A DNA stretch of 63,973 nt, filler included, from Basidioascus undulatus (Eukaryota): NCBI GenBank assembly GCA_000826855.1. It is 3 parts of 3 records of this genome, joined end to end, with 100 filler letters (N's around TTAATTAATTAA, not from the genome) between each part and the next. Parts side by side here need not be neighbours in the genome. Positions count along the whole stretch, not along the records: positions 1 to 21,939 come from JTLS01000309.1; 2 more parts are not named here. One strand, given 5' to 3'. The notes beneath the pieces are model-generated. The model was not told the DNA's origin, did not search any database, and saw only the letters and a list, made by a program, of their open reading frames with translations. Of this stretch, positions 1 to 11,548 are shown in pieces. The position numbers and the translations under genes are program-made. Numbering within the stretch: the stretch's first letter is position 1; the number at the start of each line of letters is the position of its first letter.

Positions 1-133
1 GAGGAGGAGGAGGAGGGGGGAGGGGGGAGCGAGGCGGGGTGGGAAGAAGTCTGGATATAAGAAGGCTGCGATGAGGAAGAGACGGACAGATGATTTTGAA
101 GAGGGTAAGTACGCACAGCCTTAACTTCGACAT
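1..133 (-). CDS. 5' end of a hypothetical Pro-rich protein running off the window
   Basis: Minus-strand ATG at 133 (MSKLRL), GTGCGT donor, CAG acceptor near 51, then C-rich codons (LLPTPPRSPLP...). UTR-like sequence lies upstream. Confidence 0.35.
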   Translation of the reverse strand, partial: MSKLRLCVLTLFKIICPSLPHRSLLISRLLPTPPRSPLPPPPPP

Positions 134-719
134 TCGGGAGTTTGGGGGATCGGTCGCGAGGTGGACGCTGTCGCAATCGTTGTTTTATGCGCGAGTGCTG
201 CTCAGCGTGTTCCAGAAGAGTAGTGTTCCGGTGCGGTGGATGCGAGAGAGACGGCAGTGTTGTCGCTGTTCGTTTGTTGTGCAGTTCGTTTCGTGCGGAC
301 TGTTTGATGATAGTCGTGGATGGTGATCGTCGAGGTGATCGTCGTCTCCCCATCCTCGAGCTCGCTCTTGTTGTTGTTGTCCCTCCCCCTCCGGTGATGC
401 GCGTCCCGTCCCACCGTGATGTGTGGGACCATCGCGGAAGGTCTCGATTGTCGACGGCCCGCTGGATAAGCTCACATCCTCCCTCGCGCGCGCAGTCGCA
501 AAAACAGCAGGCGCGCCATCCTGTAATTGGTTCTAGGAGCTGCGGGGATGTGTGATGTGTGGATGTGCGGATGGGCTGATAGACAGACGGCTCCACTGCT
601 CCGGGAAGTGGGAGTAGTGTTTTTGACGCTCCCCACCCTCCTCCTGCCCTTCCTTCACCCTTCCCAGCCCTCCCAACTTCGCTCCTCCCCCTCCTCACCC
701 ATCAACTCACTCCACCCGT

Positions 720-1650
720 CTTTTCAGGTCTTGGACCTGCCCTCCTTCGGAAAGTACACTCTGCACACCTTACTAAACACACCCCGACTCCCCTCGTACT
801 TCCCCCTTGCTTACCACAGCATCTCCAGCCTCGCTTCTTCTGCCCTCCCCTCCCAGGCTCTGACCCTTCTCCCCCCCCCTCCTTCCCGCTCCCATAGGCA
901 CAAAAATTACTCTCTGGAACTCAGAGCTGCGTCGGGAACGGGTATGGGCTTTTTGGACAGGTTGGGTTGGACGTGGGAAACAAGCTGAGTGCGCATCTCT
1001 TGTTCCTCTTCCTCCTCCCCCTCCTCCATCCCCTTCCCTTGCCCCCAATTCCGCATCCGCCCCATGGATTGCCCCAATTATTTTCCCCTGCACTCCCCTT
1101 GTTCTCCTTTACACTTTCGTCCCCCCCTCGCCTCTACGCTCGTTCACTTTCCCCCGCTTTATCCCAGCCTATCCCTCACCATCTTCCCCCATTTCCTTCC
1201 TCTCCCCGCTCCTTCAGTCTCGAATCGGCCCCACCCTCGCCCGCACACATAGCGCACACCCTCCATAACACCTCCGACACCCACTGACCATCCCCCTCAT
1301 GTGCCACACCCTCCCCTGACCCGCTTCCTCTTCCCTGCGCTCCCCAGCCTCTGACCGCTCTCCCCTCCCCTCCCGCTCTCCCAGACACGTAAGTTGCTCT
1401 CTGTACTCGCAGCGCCGTCTGGGACGGGCATGGGCTATATGGGAGGGTTTGGATGGGCATGGGAGGCAAGGTGAGTCCGATCTTCTGCTCCCCCCCGCTT
1501 CTTCCTCCCCTTCTCCCCTTCCCCACGCGCATTTTCTAACCGCCGCATGAAAGTCACCCATTCTTTTTTTTCTTCTCCCTCACACCCCTTTCCATCCCCA
1601 ACCCCCCTCGCTCCTCCACTCGTTCTCTTTCCGCCACTTCACCTCGTTCT
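720..1650. repeat. Diverged ~486-bp tandem duplication, pyrimidine-rich on +, with a coding-like core
   Basis: Blocks 898-990 and 1385-1476 align. On + they read SGTGMGFLDRLGWTWETS* and SGTGMGYMGGFGWAWEAR*, with TGA at 986-988 and 1472-1474. The flanks also align (PLASTLVHFPPLY vs PLAPPLVLFPPLH). Confidence 0.7.
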
Positions 1651-3063
1651 CGATCTCCAGAACGGCTGCATGGAAATTGGTGATACTTTTTCCCTGACTT
1701 TCGCTATTCCTCTTTTCCCTTCCCATCCTTGCCCGGTCTGTTCACTTGTTCTGGATCCCTTGCTATACCCCGCGTCCTCATCTCCCGGTCTCCCCATCCA
1801 CCTCCTTCACCTTGCGCTTATTCCGATGCCCCACATTTTTCATATCCACCTCCCGTCTATCCCTTCATGTACTCACTTTCCCTTCTGTTTATTGATGTTC
1901 TCTGGCTCTCTGGCTACACCGCGTCGTTCCGGCCACGCTGTTGTGCATGAGCGTGATGTGCTTCAGCGTCAGAGCCGGCATGTAATGTGCATGTATATTT
2001 ATTTATATTCGCATTGTTAATGTATGAGGAGTGCGAACGCAGCGGAAACACGAGCTCAGCGGATAGGAAGGTCGATTTAATGTGGCGATACACAAGCAAG
2101 ATGGTCGACCAAGTCTTAAAAAGATGCGCGCATTGTTTATAACAGGCCCGTGAAGTGACAACCTTGCCGCAAAAAAGCGCGGCGGTTGCGACACAGCGGA
2201 AGGCGGATCGACCGCCGATCGGAAGACCGGCGCTTGCTGCACCGCTAGAATGTGCGCTTAGTCATTCCGCTTTGAGCGTTTTAGATTAGTTTTAGACATT
2301 GCGAAATTATAAGTGTCTGAACGTCAGTTCTTACAAGATGAGCGAGCGGCGCAGGATCAAGCTGGCCCGACGTGCAGGCTGCAAGCAGAACGCGTTCAAT
2401 TTCGACAGTTGCTGCACCCACTCTCGCCGGAAAATCCTCATGATTGACATACAGCGGATCGAATTTGGTAAAAAAAAAAATCTAGTTGCATCAAATATGT
2501 ATGTTGAACAAGAAGCGGGAAAAGTGCTCCGTGAGTGACGCCACAGACACCCTTGGCCAGATCTATTGGGACTGCCAGCACGACCATGTGTGGAACCTAC
2601 CTGCTGAGCTGTAGTGATAGTCATGGCACTTCACTCGGTGATGATGGACGCTGATTCCCAGGCTTGCCATGTTTTCCTCTCCGCCATAAGTACAGAGACG
2701 CTGAACCTAGAACCATCGCGAGTTGGGTGGTGATGAGACTGTGGTCAAAAGTAGCTCTCACACTGCTCAATAAAAATGAGCACCCTTACCTGAATATAAT
2801 TTCAGAAAAAGACCCCATACGCACTTATACAGCAAGTACGGCCACTCCGCCCCAGCTGCGCCCGGCCGTCCACAGCCCACCAAAGCCCGAAGAAAGGACC
2901 GAGGGAGGGAAACGGAGCCAGATGGAATCTTGAGGGTGGCTTACATAGGGGGAATACTCAACTGGGGCAGATAGAGAAGGGGAAGGCTCAACGCGGTGAG
3001 ATTATCAAGCCGGGTGGGCAAAGTCTGACAGCGAGATCGCTTCTGTGTGTCTTCGGGACCGCA

Positions 3064-3727
3064 TCATTCAGCTTTTTACACGAGAGCTGGTATATTTCGC
3101 AGTGCCGATGCGCTTGTAAAAGAGGCCTTCCATCTGGCGGGGGTAGAAGCCCGAGTACTCCAGTCTATAATTGCCCTTATCTTCAGGGTCTCGGGGTCCA
3201 CTATGACATTGTGCTGCGAGAGGTCACCGTGGCAGAAAACGTAGTCCTCACTCTCGCTATCGCGGTACCTGGGGGAAAGGGCGTCGCCAGGGGTCGGGCT
3301 ATTCTATACGGAAAGCAGCAGTCGCCCGCGAGGCCCCGCATCTTGCTGGACTTGAGGCTCCGCAGCGTCTCCAAGTGCCCTTCCACCTCCGCCATGACAG
3401 GAGGCCTCTGTTCCTCCGGTAGACGCGAAAGGGGGACACCCTCTACGAAGTCGGTAATGAGGTAGAAGGCCATGCGTCTTCGAAGGCGCACCTTACCACG
3501 GGCACCGGGATGTCCGTGTTCTCCTTGATGTACTGGATGGCCGCCGCCTCGTTACGCAGGCGCTGGACACAGATGTCAGGAACTATCACCCTCCCGGCTC
3601 GGTTGGAGAGCCATTCCTCTGGCCTTAGGGAGCGCTTGACGAAGGTCTTTACCTCGTAGTACTTTTTCTCGTGCGTGATGCCGATGCATCCCTGCTCGCG
3701 CGGTTGGCGTTCCGTTGGCCCAGACAT
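3064..3727 (-). pseudogene. Aminoglycoside/choline phosphotransferase (APH)-family kinase-like gene, intronless, three frameshifts
   Basis: Motifs spread over different frames: RLRNEAAAIQYIKENTDIPVPVV, YLITDFVEGVPL, YVFCHGDLSQHNVIVD, IIDW/EYSGFYP. Apparent 1-nt deletions near 3475, 3272 and 3160. Confidence 0.8.
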
Positions 3728-4205
3728 GGCGGGTGGTTGGCGTTCCTTCTCTACCGCTGTCTCGGGGCGGGTGCTGGGCGGCGTCTGCGGGTGGGTAACA
3801 GGTAGGGCCGGAGTGTACCTTCAACGCAGTACGCGAGTTTGTGTTCGACTGCAGTTAACTCCTCCTGCACGGGGTAGCAATCGGACATTTGAATCGAGTC
3901 GATGGTACTCCAAATCTGGCAGTGAGGTTCGAGGCTGTGATTTCTGGCTGCATAGCGTCTACAAGCTCTCACCCGGCTTCACACCGATCACAGTTCGGAC
4001 ACCCAGGACTGCAACATGCGAGATTGAGTCGCAAGAGTAGATTGAAGTCTCGGGTGAGTGCACCCCTCCTCGGACTGAAACCTGAAAGGCACATCAAGGT
4101 CTGGTTCCCTGGAACTCACCCTCCTTTCCTCTCCAACTTCATCTTCACCTCACTATTCTACCCATATCCACGCCCACCTGTTCATAAAGGCCGTCTTCGC
4201 TCGCC

Positions 4206-5015
4206 ATGCCGTCCGCTGCTGCTCCGTTCGCGACGTCGTACTCCGACGCTATCACGAAGCGTGCGATCCGGATGCTGCCGAACGCGCTCGCGATGGTCGC
4301 TCAGTCCAATGACCGGATGTTCATGCAAGGGGAGACGAACCCCAATACTACGCAGTGGCCTCTCTCCCAAATCAGGCTGTTCGATCCTGAAAAGACGAGG
4401 TGAGCGGGAAAGGGTTTTGAACGCTTTAGCGGGTGATGAGGTCTTCACCAATGCAGCGCGCGACTGATTACCAGATTGTATTCCGCAGGGTGTTCCTGAT
4501 CTACCCGAACGAAGTTCCAAGTGGATAGTTACCGACCTGGTCAACACCGAACCTTTGCCGGCGCCGCACTTCGAAGGCTGGTTCAACGACCTCGCGAGCG
4601 CAGTAGACAAGGCGAAGACTATCACCACGCTCGCGCGGATCCTTGACACCCACTCCGGGCAACCGCGCGTGAATGTCTTCCTCTACCTCGGACTTACCCG
4701 CCTGTCTGTCCCGAGCCCCTCGACTTCACAGGCTGCGCGCCAATTCGCGGTCGCGGGGGACAACCTGCAGCCGGTCGGATGCAGCCTCGTCCTCCATCCG
4801 CTGAGCCACTGCGGACGCTCGTTGACTTCCCGGTGCGTTCGCCCGTGGTCAACCTCATCAAAGCTTTTCTCGCCTTCACGCGCGAGGACATCAAGGCGGG
4901 CGCCGCGGGAAGCGGCGTCGGCGCGGCCGCCCTCGCCGCCGCATCGGCTGCTGGGGCAACCGCCGCTCCTGCTGCTGCGCTGACGGTGTTCTGCCACACC
5001 ATGTACGTGTATTAG
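4206..5015 (+). pseudogene. Hypothetical protein gene, frameshifted, with an Ala/Gly-rich hydrophobic C-terminus
   Basis: ATG at 4206 and a canonical intron ~4400-4488. The protein-like reading continues only across frameshifts near 4518 and ~4775. Confidence 0.45.
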
Positions 5016-5206
5016 GACTGCTAATTATTACCAGAGGAACTCAAATGAAGCAGCCTTGTTCTATGTTGTCCACGTAGGCCGCCGCTCCACGTGACTACCT
5101 CCCTGGCCCGCATCTCCTGCCCATACATCTCCCTCCCCGCCCGCCTCCTCTCCTCTCCTCGACCCCACGCCTCCTCCAACCCCGCGCCACGCCACGCCCG
5201 ACTCAC

Positions 5207-5384
5207 CATGCGTCCCCAGAATGACCACCTTCGCCTCGAGCTGGTCCAGCCCGCCCGGTGCGGCGCTGAGGTGGCTCTGTTGCTCCGACGCGCGGCGGGA
5301 CGCAGCCGCAGACGCGGATGCCGACGTCGACGCGGACGCGTCCCAGTTGTAGCACACGTAGGTGGGCGAGAAGGGGCGCGACAT
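5207..5384 (-). pseudogene. Orphan first exon of a Rab/Ras-family small GTPase
   Basis: MSRPF...DQLEAKVVILGTHG is followed by a GTGAGT donor. This is the beta1/G1 entry motif, but no downstream exon encoding VGK(T/S) was found. Confidence 0.55.
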
Positions 5385-6928
5385 TGGTGCGCGCAGGGTG
5401 GGCTGGAGGATGGAAGTGGGGGTAAGGGAAGGGGAAAGGGGCGAAGGGCGAAGGCGAAGATGAAGTGAAGGGAGGCGAGGTCGTCGTGGACGGTGACACG
5501 AAAGATGACGAGTGCCTTCTGTTGCACCACTAGACGTCCACAAGAGAAAATCAGAGCAGCAAAGTCAGTTCCGTGTAATTGAGCGCGCAGCACATGATTC
5601 TACGGAGCAAACACTATTCCGCAGCGGCGAGCCGTCAGACAAACATAGCTATCTCTACCGGATTTCGCCCGGACGTCCATACGGTATCACAACTCACCTG
5701 CTCAGGAGCTCCCAAGGGCGGGTAAGTCGCCTGAAGCTACAGCATAAACCACGGCATAGCTGAAGCTGAGCAACGCAGTGTCCGTATCGGGACGGCACAA
5801 TGACAATGAAGACACTAGCGGCACTCGGCCAGATCGGTCCGCGAAGAGGCAGTCTGCTTCTCAGGCTGTACACTGTCGCTACGACCCGACAACCCTCCTA
5901 CTTACGACCGTAACTTGGTCGCTCTTTTATCGAACTTGTAACCGGAGAAGACGCCGACAGGCGAGGTAGACCCTCGAAATACCTCTGCCCGCACTCCCAC
6001 ACCCCCCTGCCCCCACACCCCAGCACATATGGGTTGTCAGCCATCTGATCATGATCAATTTACACCAGTGAGTGACACTTGATTCGTCCCACCGATCCCC
6101 TGCCCTGGAGCCGCATGGGTTCGCCAGAGGACGCGGCAGAAGGGCTATTCGAAGGGGGAGGGAGACGAAATCCTGTGTCTTGGTACAACTGTGGTTCCTG
6201 GGGTGATCAGCAGATTGGGCAGGCAGTCTGTTGCAATGACTCGGTCCGTCACGAAAGCCAATGGAAGCGAAGAGACTACTGCTGGTTCCGGTTCAGAGCT
6301 TTTAGACAGACTAGCGATGTCCTCTATTCCACGGCAAGTGAATGTAAACCGAAAAAGCAGCAATACCAGATTATTGAAGGGAGATGAGCACAGGCGTCAC
6401 GTTGACGAAAATCTGAAACGCGACGCGCTCTGTTGCGCCTCCGTGTCGACTGCCTGGCGTTGTCCATACCGTCACGCCTTTGAGCCTCAACTTGAACAAC
6501 CTCATCAAGTCCTCGTCCTCGTCCTCGTCCTCCTCATCGGACCTGCCTTCCTTGTCGTTGTCACCGACGCTCACGCACACAGCAAATATATACGGTCAGA
6601 CGCTCGCGAGAAGATCGACGCTCCGTCGTTGGTCGCGTCCCATACGGTAGTACCGTACGCGCACGCACGCGCTCCCCCTGTTTAGACGCTTCATCAACCA
6701 CCTACCAACCTTTCCAACCGACCCAAACCACCCGCCCTTCCCCTCTCTCCACTCTTCTGTTATACATTCTTTCTGGGGTGGTTGTTGTTGCTGCTTACCT
6801 TCAATTGTCTGCCGCCGGACAGTGGACCTCCCCTACGCCTTCCACACGCTCTCTGCGAACAACCACCAAACCGTCAAAGAAAATGTCAAGTCCCTCAGCC
6901 TCCCAGTACACAAAGTTCCTGACCCTCC

Positions 6929-9900
6929 TCACACAAGCTCAACCAACCCAATCTCGACCAGATCGTCTACTGGAACCCCCCACGTCCTAGCTCGCGAGCC
7001 CGTAGCGTCGCGGACCGCCACAAAGAGCGCGAGCAATGCACGCGCGACGAAACCCGAGCGCGGGTCGGGCTGGAGGTTCTTCTTCCCTACGAGCCAAGTC
7101 GCCGTGCCGTGGTCCAGGGCCGCAACGACAGCGATGTCTGCGGGGACTGGCGGCGAGGGGATGAGCGCCCGCAGCTCGCGCGAGATCTCGGCTTTCGACA
7201 AGATCGCGGACGGCACGTCGTTGTAGCCCAGGTAAATGACGCAGTGGTAGATGTGCGGGCGGGCTCCAGAAGCACAAGAGATGGAGAAGCGCTCGGTTGG
7301 GTCGACCTGTGCTACGAGACTCTGAGCAGGGATAAGAGATTGAAAATGAGTCGGTACCATGTCACGTACGGTTGGACGTAACACCTCCTTGATATGCAGA
7401 AAGACAACGACTTCGTAACGCGCCTGAAAGCGGTGTACGAACTGTACCCAGACCGTCGGCACCCCCGTGCCCGACTCATTCATGAATATACCTAGCCCTG
7501 TGCGAGGTATCCTGTCCATTATGAGCCTCTTGCTCGGTGCGGTGAAGTAATGGAGAGCGCACCCGAAATGTCATTCAGCTGTGCCAAGTCTTCGGCATTG
7601 GGTGACTTTATCTTCCCTTCTGCACGGAGCCTCCCTTCCGCCGACCACTGGCGGACTTTGCCGAAGCGCCAGATGCCATGAGGGAAGCCAAGACAGCTGT
7701 CACGGCAAGGGTAAACCAAGCGCCTTTTGGGACCTAAGGGTGAGGGGGAAAATAGAGTTCCGTTAGCGAATGCTGCATGCAAGATACGTGCAGGTCCACG
7801 GCAGCAACTCTCACCTTCAGAAGAACAGCGGAAACGTAGAGCCCATCGAATGTCGCAAAGAGGAGCCAGATCGGCAGGACGACGAGAGGATGCAACCGCC
7901 AAACGAGCAAGCCGACTAAGGCAAGCAGATTGGTTGTGATGAACGAGACGAGAATGATGCAGAGACCGTAAGCGTTGCCGAGGCGGGTTGTCTTCAGAAC
8001 ATCGAAAGGCAGAAAATAAAGCTTCACTCTCTGAATATGCTATCCAGGGTACGAAGCGACACGTACGTTTGAGTACGCGGCTGTCACTGCAATAGTCATA
8101 ATCATGAGAGTCCAGTTGGCGATCGGCACGTAGAGCTGACCATGGAAGCGTTTTGAGGTATGGCGGATTGTAACGGGTGGGAGATAGTGCCTGCTGGCTA
8201 TGAATCCTACAATATTAGCTCTACCCTGACCCACGCAGGAGCGAAACGCTCACTGGCTTGTTTCTACGAGTGCGTGTGCGGCCTCTGTCAGTCTCGGTAT
8301 GATCGCTCGAGGCTGGAGGTGTAGCTCACGATGATATTGAAACAGCCAGTTATGAGCGCCTGCGATGCTACGATCGTGGCGAGCACGGCGACGATAAGTG
8401 ACGGCCAGAGCATGCCTTTGGGCACTGTGCTGAAGAACGGGCTGGACCACGCCGGGGGATCGACGCTGATCTTCGCGGCCTGGCCAATGTATGCTAAGAG
8501 CAGGCACGGAAGCGCGAAGCAGCACCACGACAGCTGGATAGACCTTGGGGGCACATGCATAGACCGATATTAGCTAGAGATGGGTGGCAGACATGCAGGG
8601 CGGTGAAAATTTGACGCATACCTCCGGTTGAAGGCACCGAGATCGGCGAACAGGGCTTCAACACCTTACAAACATAAGTGGCAGTTAGTCACCCAATAGC
8701 ATGCCCATGAATTTGCTCATTTAGTCCGGAGAACTCACCTGTGAAGCACAGAAGAATACCACCGAGACTGCGCCAGCCGTCGATGCCTTTCAAAGTGAAC
8801 CAGCGTCCGGCGTAGTAAGGCGAGAAAGCTTTGAGAACGGATCTTCTTAAAGCGATGTTCAGACCCATGCTCTTCGGAATGCACTGATACCAGCAATTTG
8901 GAATGCAGCGTACGCATCGTAGAGGATGAGGTTCTGTGGAGCATTACCCGTGAGCATGAGGACGGAAAGTTGCCCTCCGTTAAGGGATGCTCACATATAT
9001 GCCGAAAGCCGCATTGAAAATTAACCATACGATGACGATGGGCGAGAAGGCGAAGGTGAGGCGGGAGATGCCCAATGGCTGCACTGCGAAAAGAAGCGCG
9101 AGAACTGCGCAGCTGATGCCGACGGTCGTCCCGTCTGTCAAGTTGGGATTCACAATGCGACACCCTGGTATGACGGCGGTCAATGCGGAACCCTTGTACG
9201 AGCAGTACGGATAACTTCATAAGCGCTCGCCTTGGATCGACCCGAGCACCGACTGCGCGGGAGTGAGGATTCCATCTAATGAACCATATAGTATCGATGA
9301 AAGTGAAATACTCCAGTCATTCTTCGTGGCATGCGCACCAGAAAGAACTAGGCAGATCCCGATGATGGCGATGCCGCTGAGCAGCTTCTTCGACAGGCGG
9401 CGACGCTCGAGCCACGAGCGGAAGTTGCGGTTAAGCGGGGGAAGGTTGAGGGTTGCGAAGCGGACCAATTTGCGCTCTTCGTCTGGCTGGGTCCTCTCTT
9501 CCTCTGAAAGCTTGGCCTAAGGATCAAGGGATTCAGTAGACATAGAGGAACTTGATCCCCTCGCGGCGCTCTTGACAGTCCAAAGGCGACTTACGAAACG
9601 TGACAGGAGAGAGTACACCGCGAGCGTGCCCCCCTCGCCTTCGTCGTCTGCGAGCAGAACGATACATGCGTACTTGAGGGTGACCATGATGATGAGGGAC
9701 CATATGACCACAGAAAGTGCGCAGATGAGCTGTTCATGCGTCGGGTCGCTCGTAAAGGTCGAAGAGTAGACATCTCCCATGGAAGCGCCATCAGCTTGCT
9801 TCAAAGCGACGAAAGAAGCTTGGCAGGGAGTCCTGCTGACTTACAGAGGGGTGAAGTGCCGATGTCTCCATATATGGTGCCGACCGATTGATATGCAAGA

Positions 9901-10074
9901 ACAAGCAGCGAGCCGTGCTTCGCCTTTTGATGAAGAGTCTGAGTTGGGCTCGACAATCAGCCGCTGTTTGACTCTGGGCAGCAACGGTGGACGTGACTGT
10001 GCCTTATCCTTGGCCTGGAGGGCAAGTGCCTCGACGTCAGGCTCCTTGTTCTCGCTGGTGTTTCCAGTGTCCAT
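6929..10074 (-). CDS. HAK1: KUP/HAK/KT-family potassium transporter, multi-exon, with two apparent frameshifts (probable young pseudogene)
   Basis: Motifs [68 protein letters not shown]. The frame breaks near 7675 (ASLM/IWRFG) and near 7520-7580. Confidence 0.9.
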
Positions 10075-10642
10075 GTCGTGAGTGCGTCAGAGCCGAAGAA
10101 GCAGCAAGGGAGCAGAAGGGCGATCTGAGTGCGGTGCGTGGTAGGGGTACTATATTTTACTTGACTTTCTGCAGAGGCAGTTGTGCCTACGGTGCGCAGT
10201 GAAGTCACCGATAGCGGAAGATGCGCAGCGGGTTATGGCGAAAGGCTCGCTCGCAATGCTCACATCGCATTTTGCCGGACTTCCTGCTGAAGGAAGGCGC
10301 AGACTGGCAATTTCTGGGTCTTCAGAACAAAAACTTTTCAGCTCTTTCAGGAATGTGGAGACCATGGGCGACTCGGTGCTAGAAGACATCGACTTGCAAG
10401 ATGGCGAAGAAAATGAGTGCACTGCGAACTCGCGGACTCAGACCTTACGCTGCCACCCGCAACAGAAGGCTTCAAATATGCGAACATTGTCCAGCAGCCT
10501 TCGCAGAAAGTAGCCCACAGCATTCGGTAGAGACTATTGATGCCAGGTATACGGAAAATCTAGAAACCGTCCCACTTTGGCGAAGCGTCAAAATCAAATA
10601 CGAGAGGGACCGAGGTGTTTTGGAAGCACGTTGAGGCCAAAC

Positions 10643-10990
10643 CTAGCAGAGATGAAGACATTCAACACGTTCCACTTTAGCTTCTACGATGAGGAACACT
10701 AAGACAGGGGGCGTTAATATATTTACGTTGGCCAGACCCTCCCAGACCGTTCTCCTAGCGGCGACCTCCGTCGCGTCTTCAACCCATTGGTAAACCCGGG
10801 TCGCAAGAACCAAAACTTCGTTAGCGTAGACTTCGATAATTGAGTTGTCGACTGGGTGTAAAGAGCAGACAATGGTCAGCCCGCTTGTCAGCGCGGGGAG
10901 CGCCTCCGAGAAGTTTCAGAGTACTGCATGTAAGCGCGCACCATAGATAGTGAGGTTCAAAAGCTGATGCTTGTGCCGGTCGGCGATCGC
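10643..10990 (-). pseudogene. C-terminal fragment of a GH32 beta-fructofuranosidase/invertase
   Basis: Splicing out intron 10852-10941 (GTGCGC...GCTGAC...CAG) gives LLNLTIYVDNSIIEVYANEVLVLATRVYQW, resembling the GH32 beta-sandwich motif. An in-frame TGA lies just upstream and no catalytic domain is present. Confidence 0.65.
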
Positions 10991-11548
10991 CTTGTATCAA
11001 TCGATCATTTCTCGGACCCGGCCGGCAAGGTCGGGGGAGGGAACGGGATAGCGTTGAGTGTAGGACGGGGGATAGCGGCTGTGAGAGAAGGGCGGTTGCT
11101 GGTGGTCAAGGGCGAGGTGGATGTACTGGGGGTCGGAGGCCGTTCGAGCGGCTTGCAGTGCTCGCTGGGCTCGCTTGAGTTTATGGGCTAGTGAGAGATG
11201 GCGGCGCCAGAGCGGCGTGAGTCGGACGCCCCGGTCGGTATGATCGCGCTGTGGCTGCTCATGGCGTTTAGCGATCTGGATAAGGGAGAGTAAGAGGCGG
11301 AGAGCAAGAACAGAAGGCACAGGCGAGAGAGAAGACGCTGCCGCCAGCCGACGCCTAGGTACCGCGTTTGGTCCTTACGATTTTTTGTTTTCTCCTGGCC
11401 GCATGAAGTCCTTTTAGCGACCGAATCCTTCTGTCCCAAATGCCTTGCAATTCGGGTATGCAGGATTTCAAGCACTCCCGTGTCGCCGTGACGCTCTGAT
11501 GCAAAACAGCAGTCAAGCTCAATCAAATGCGCCGGCCCCCTCCCACCA

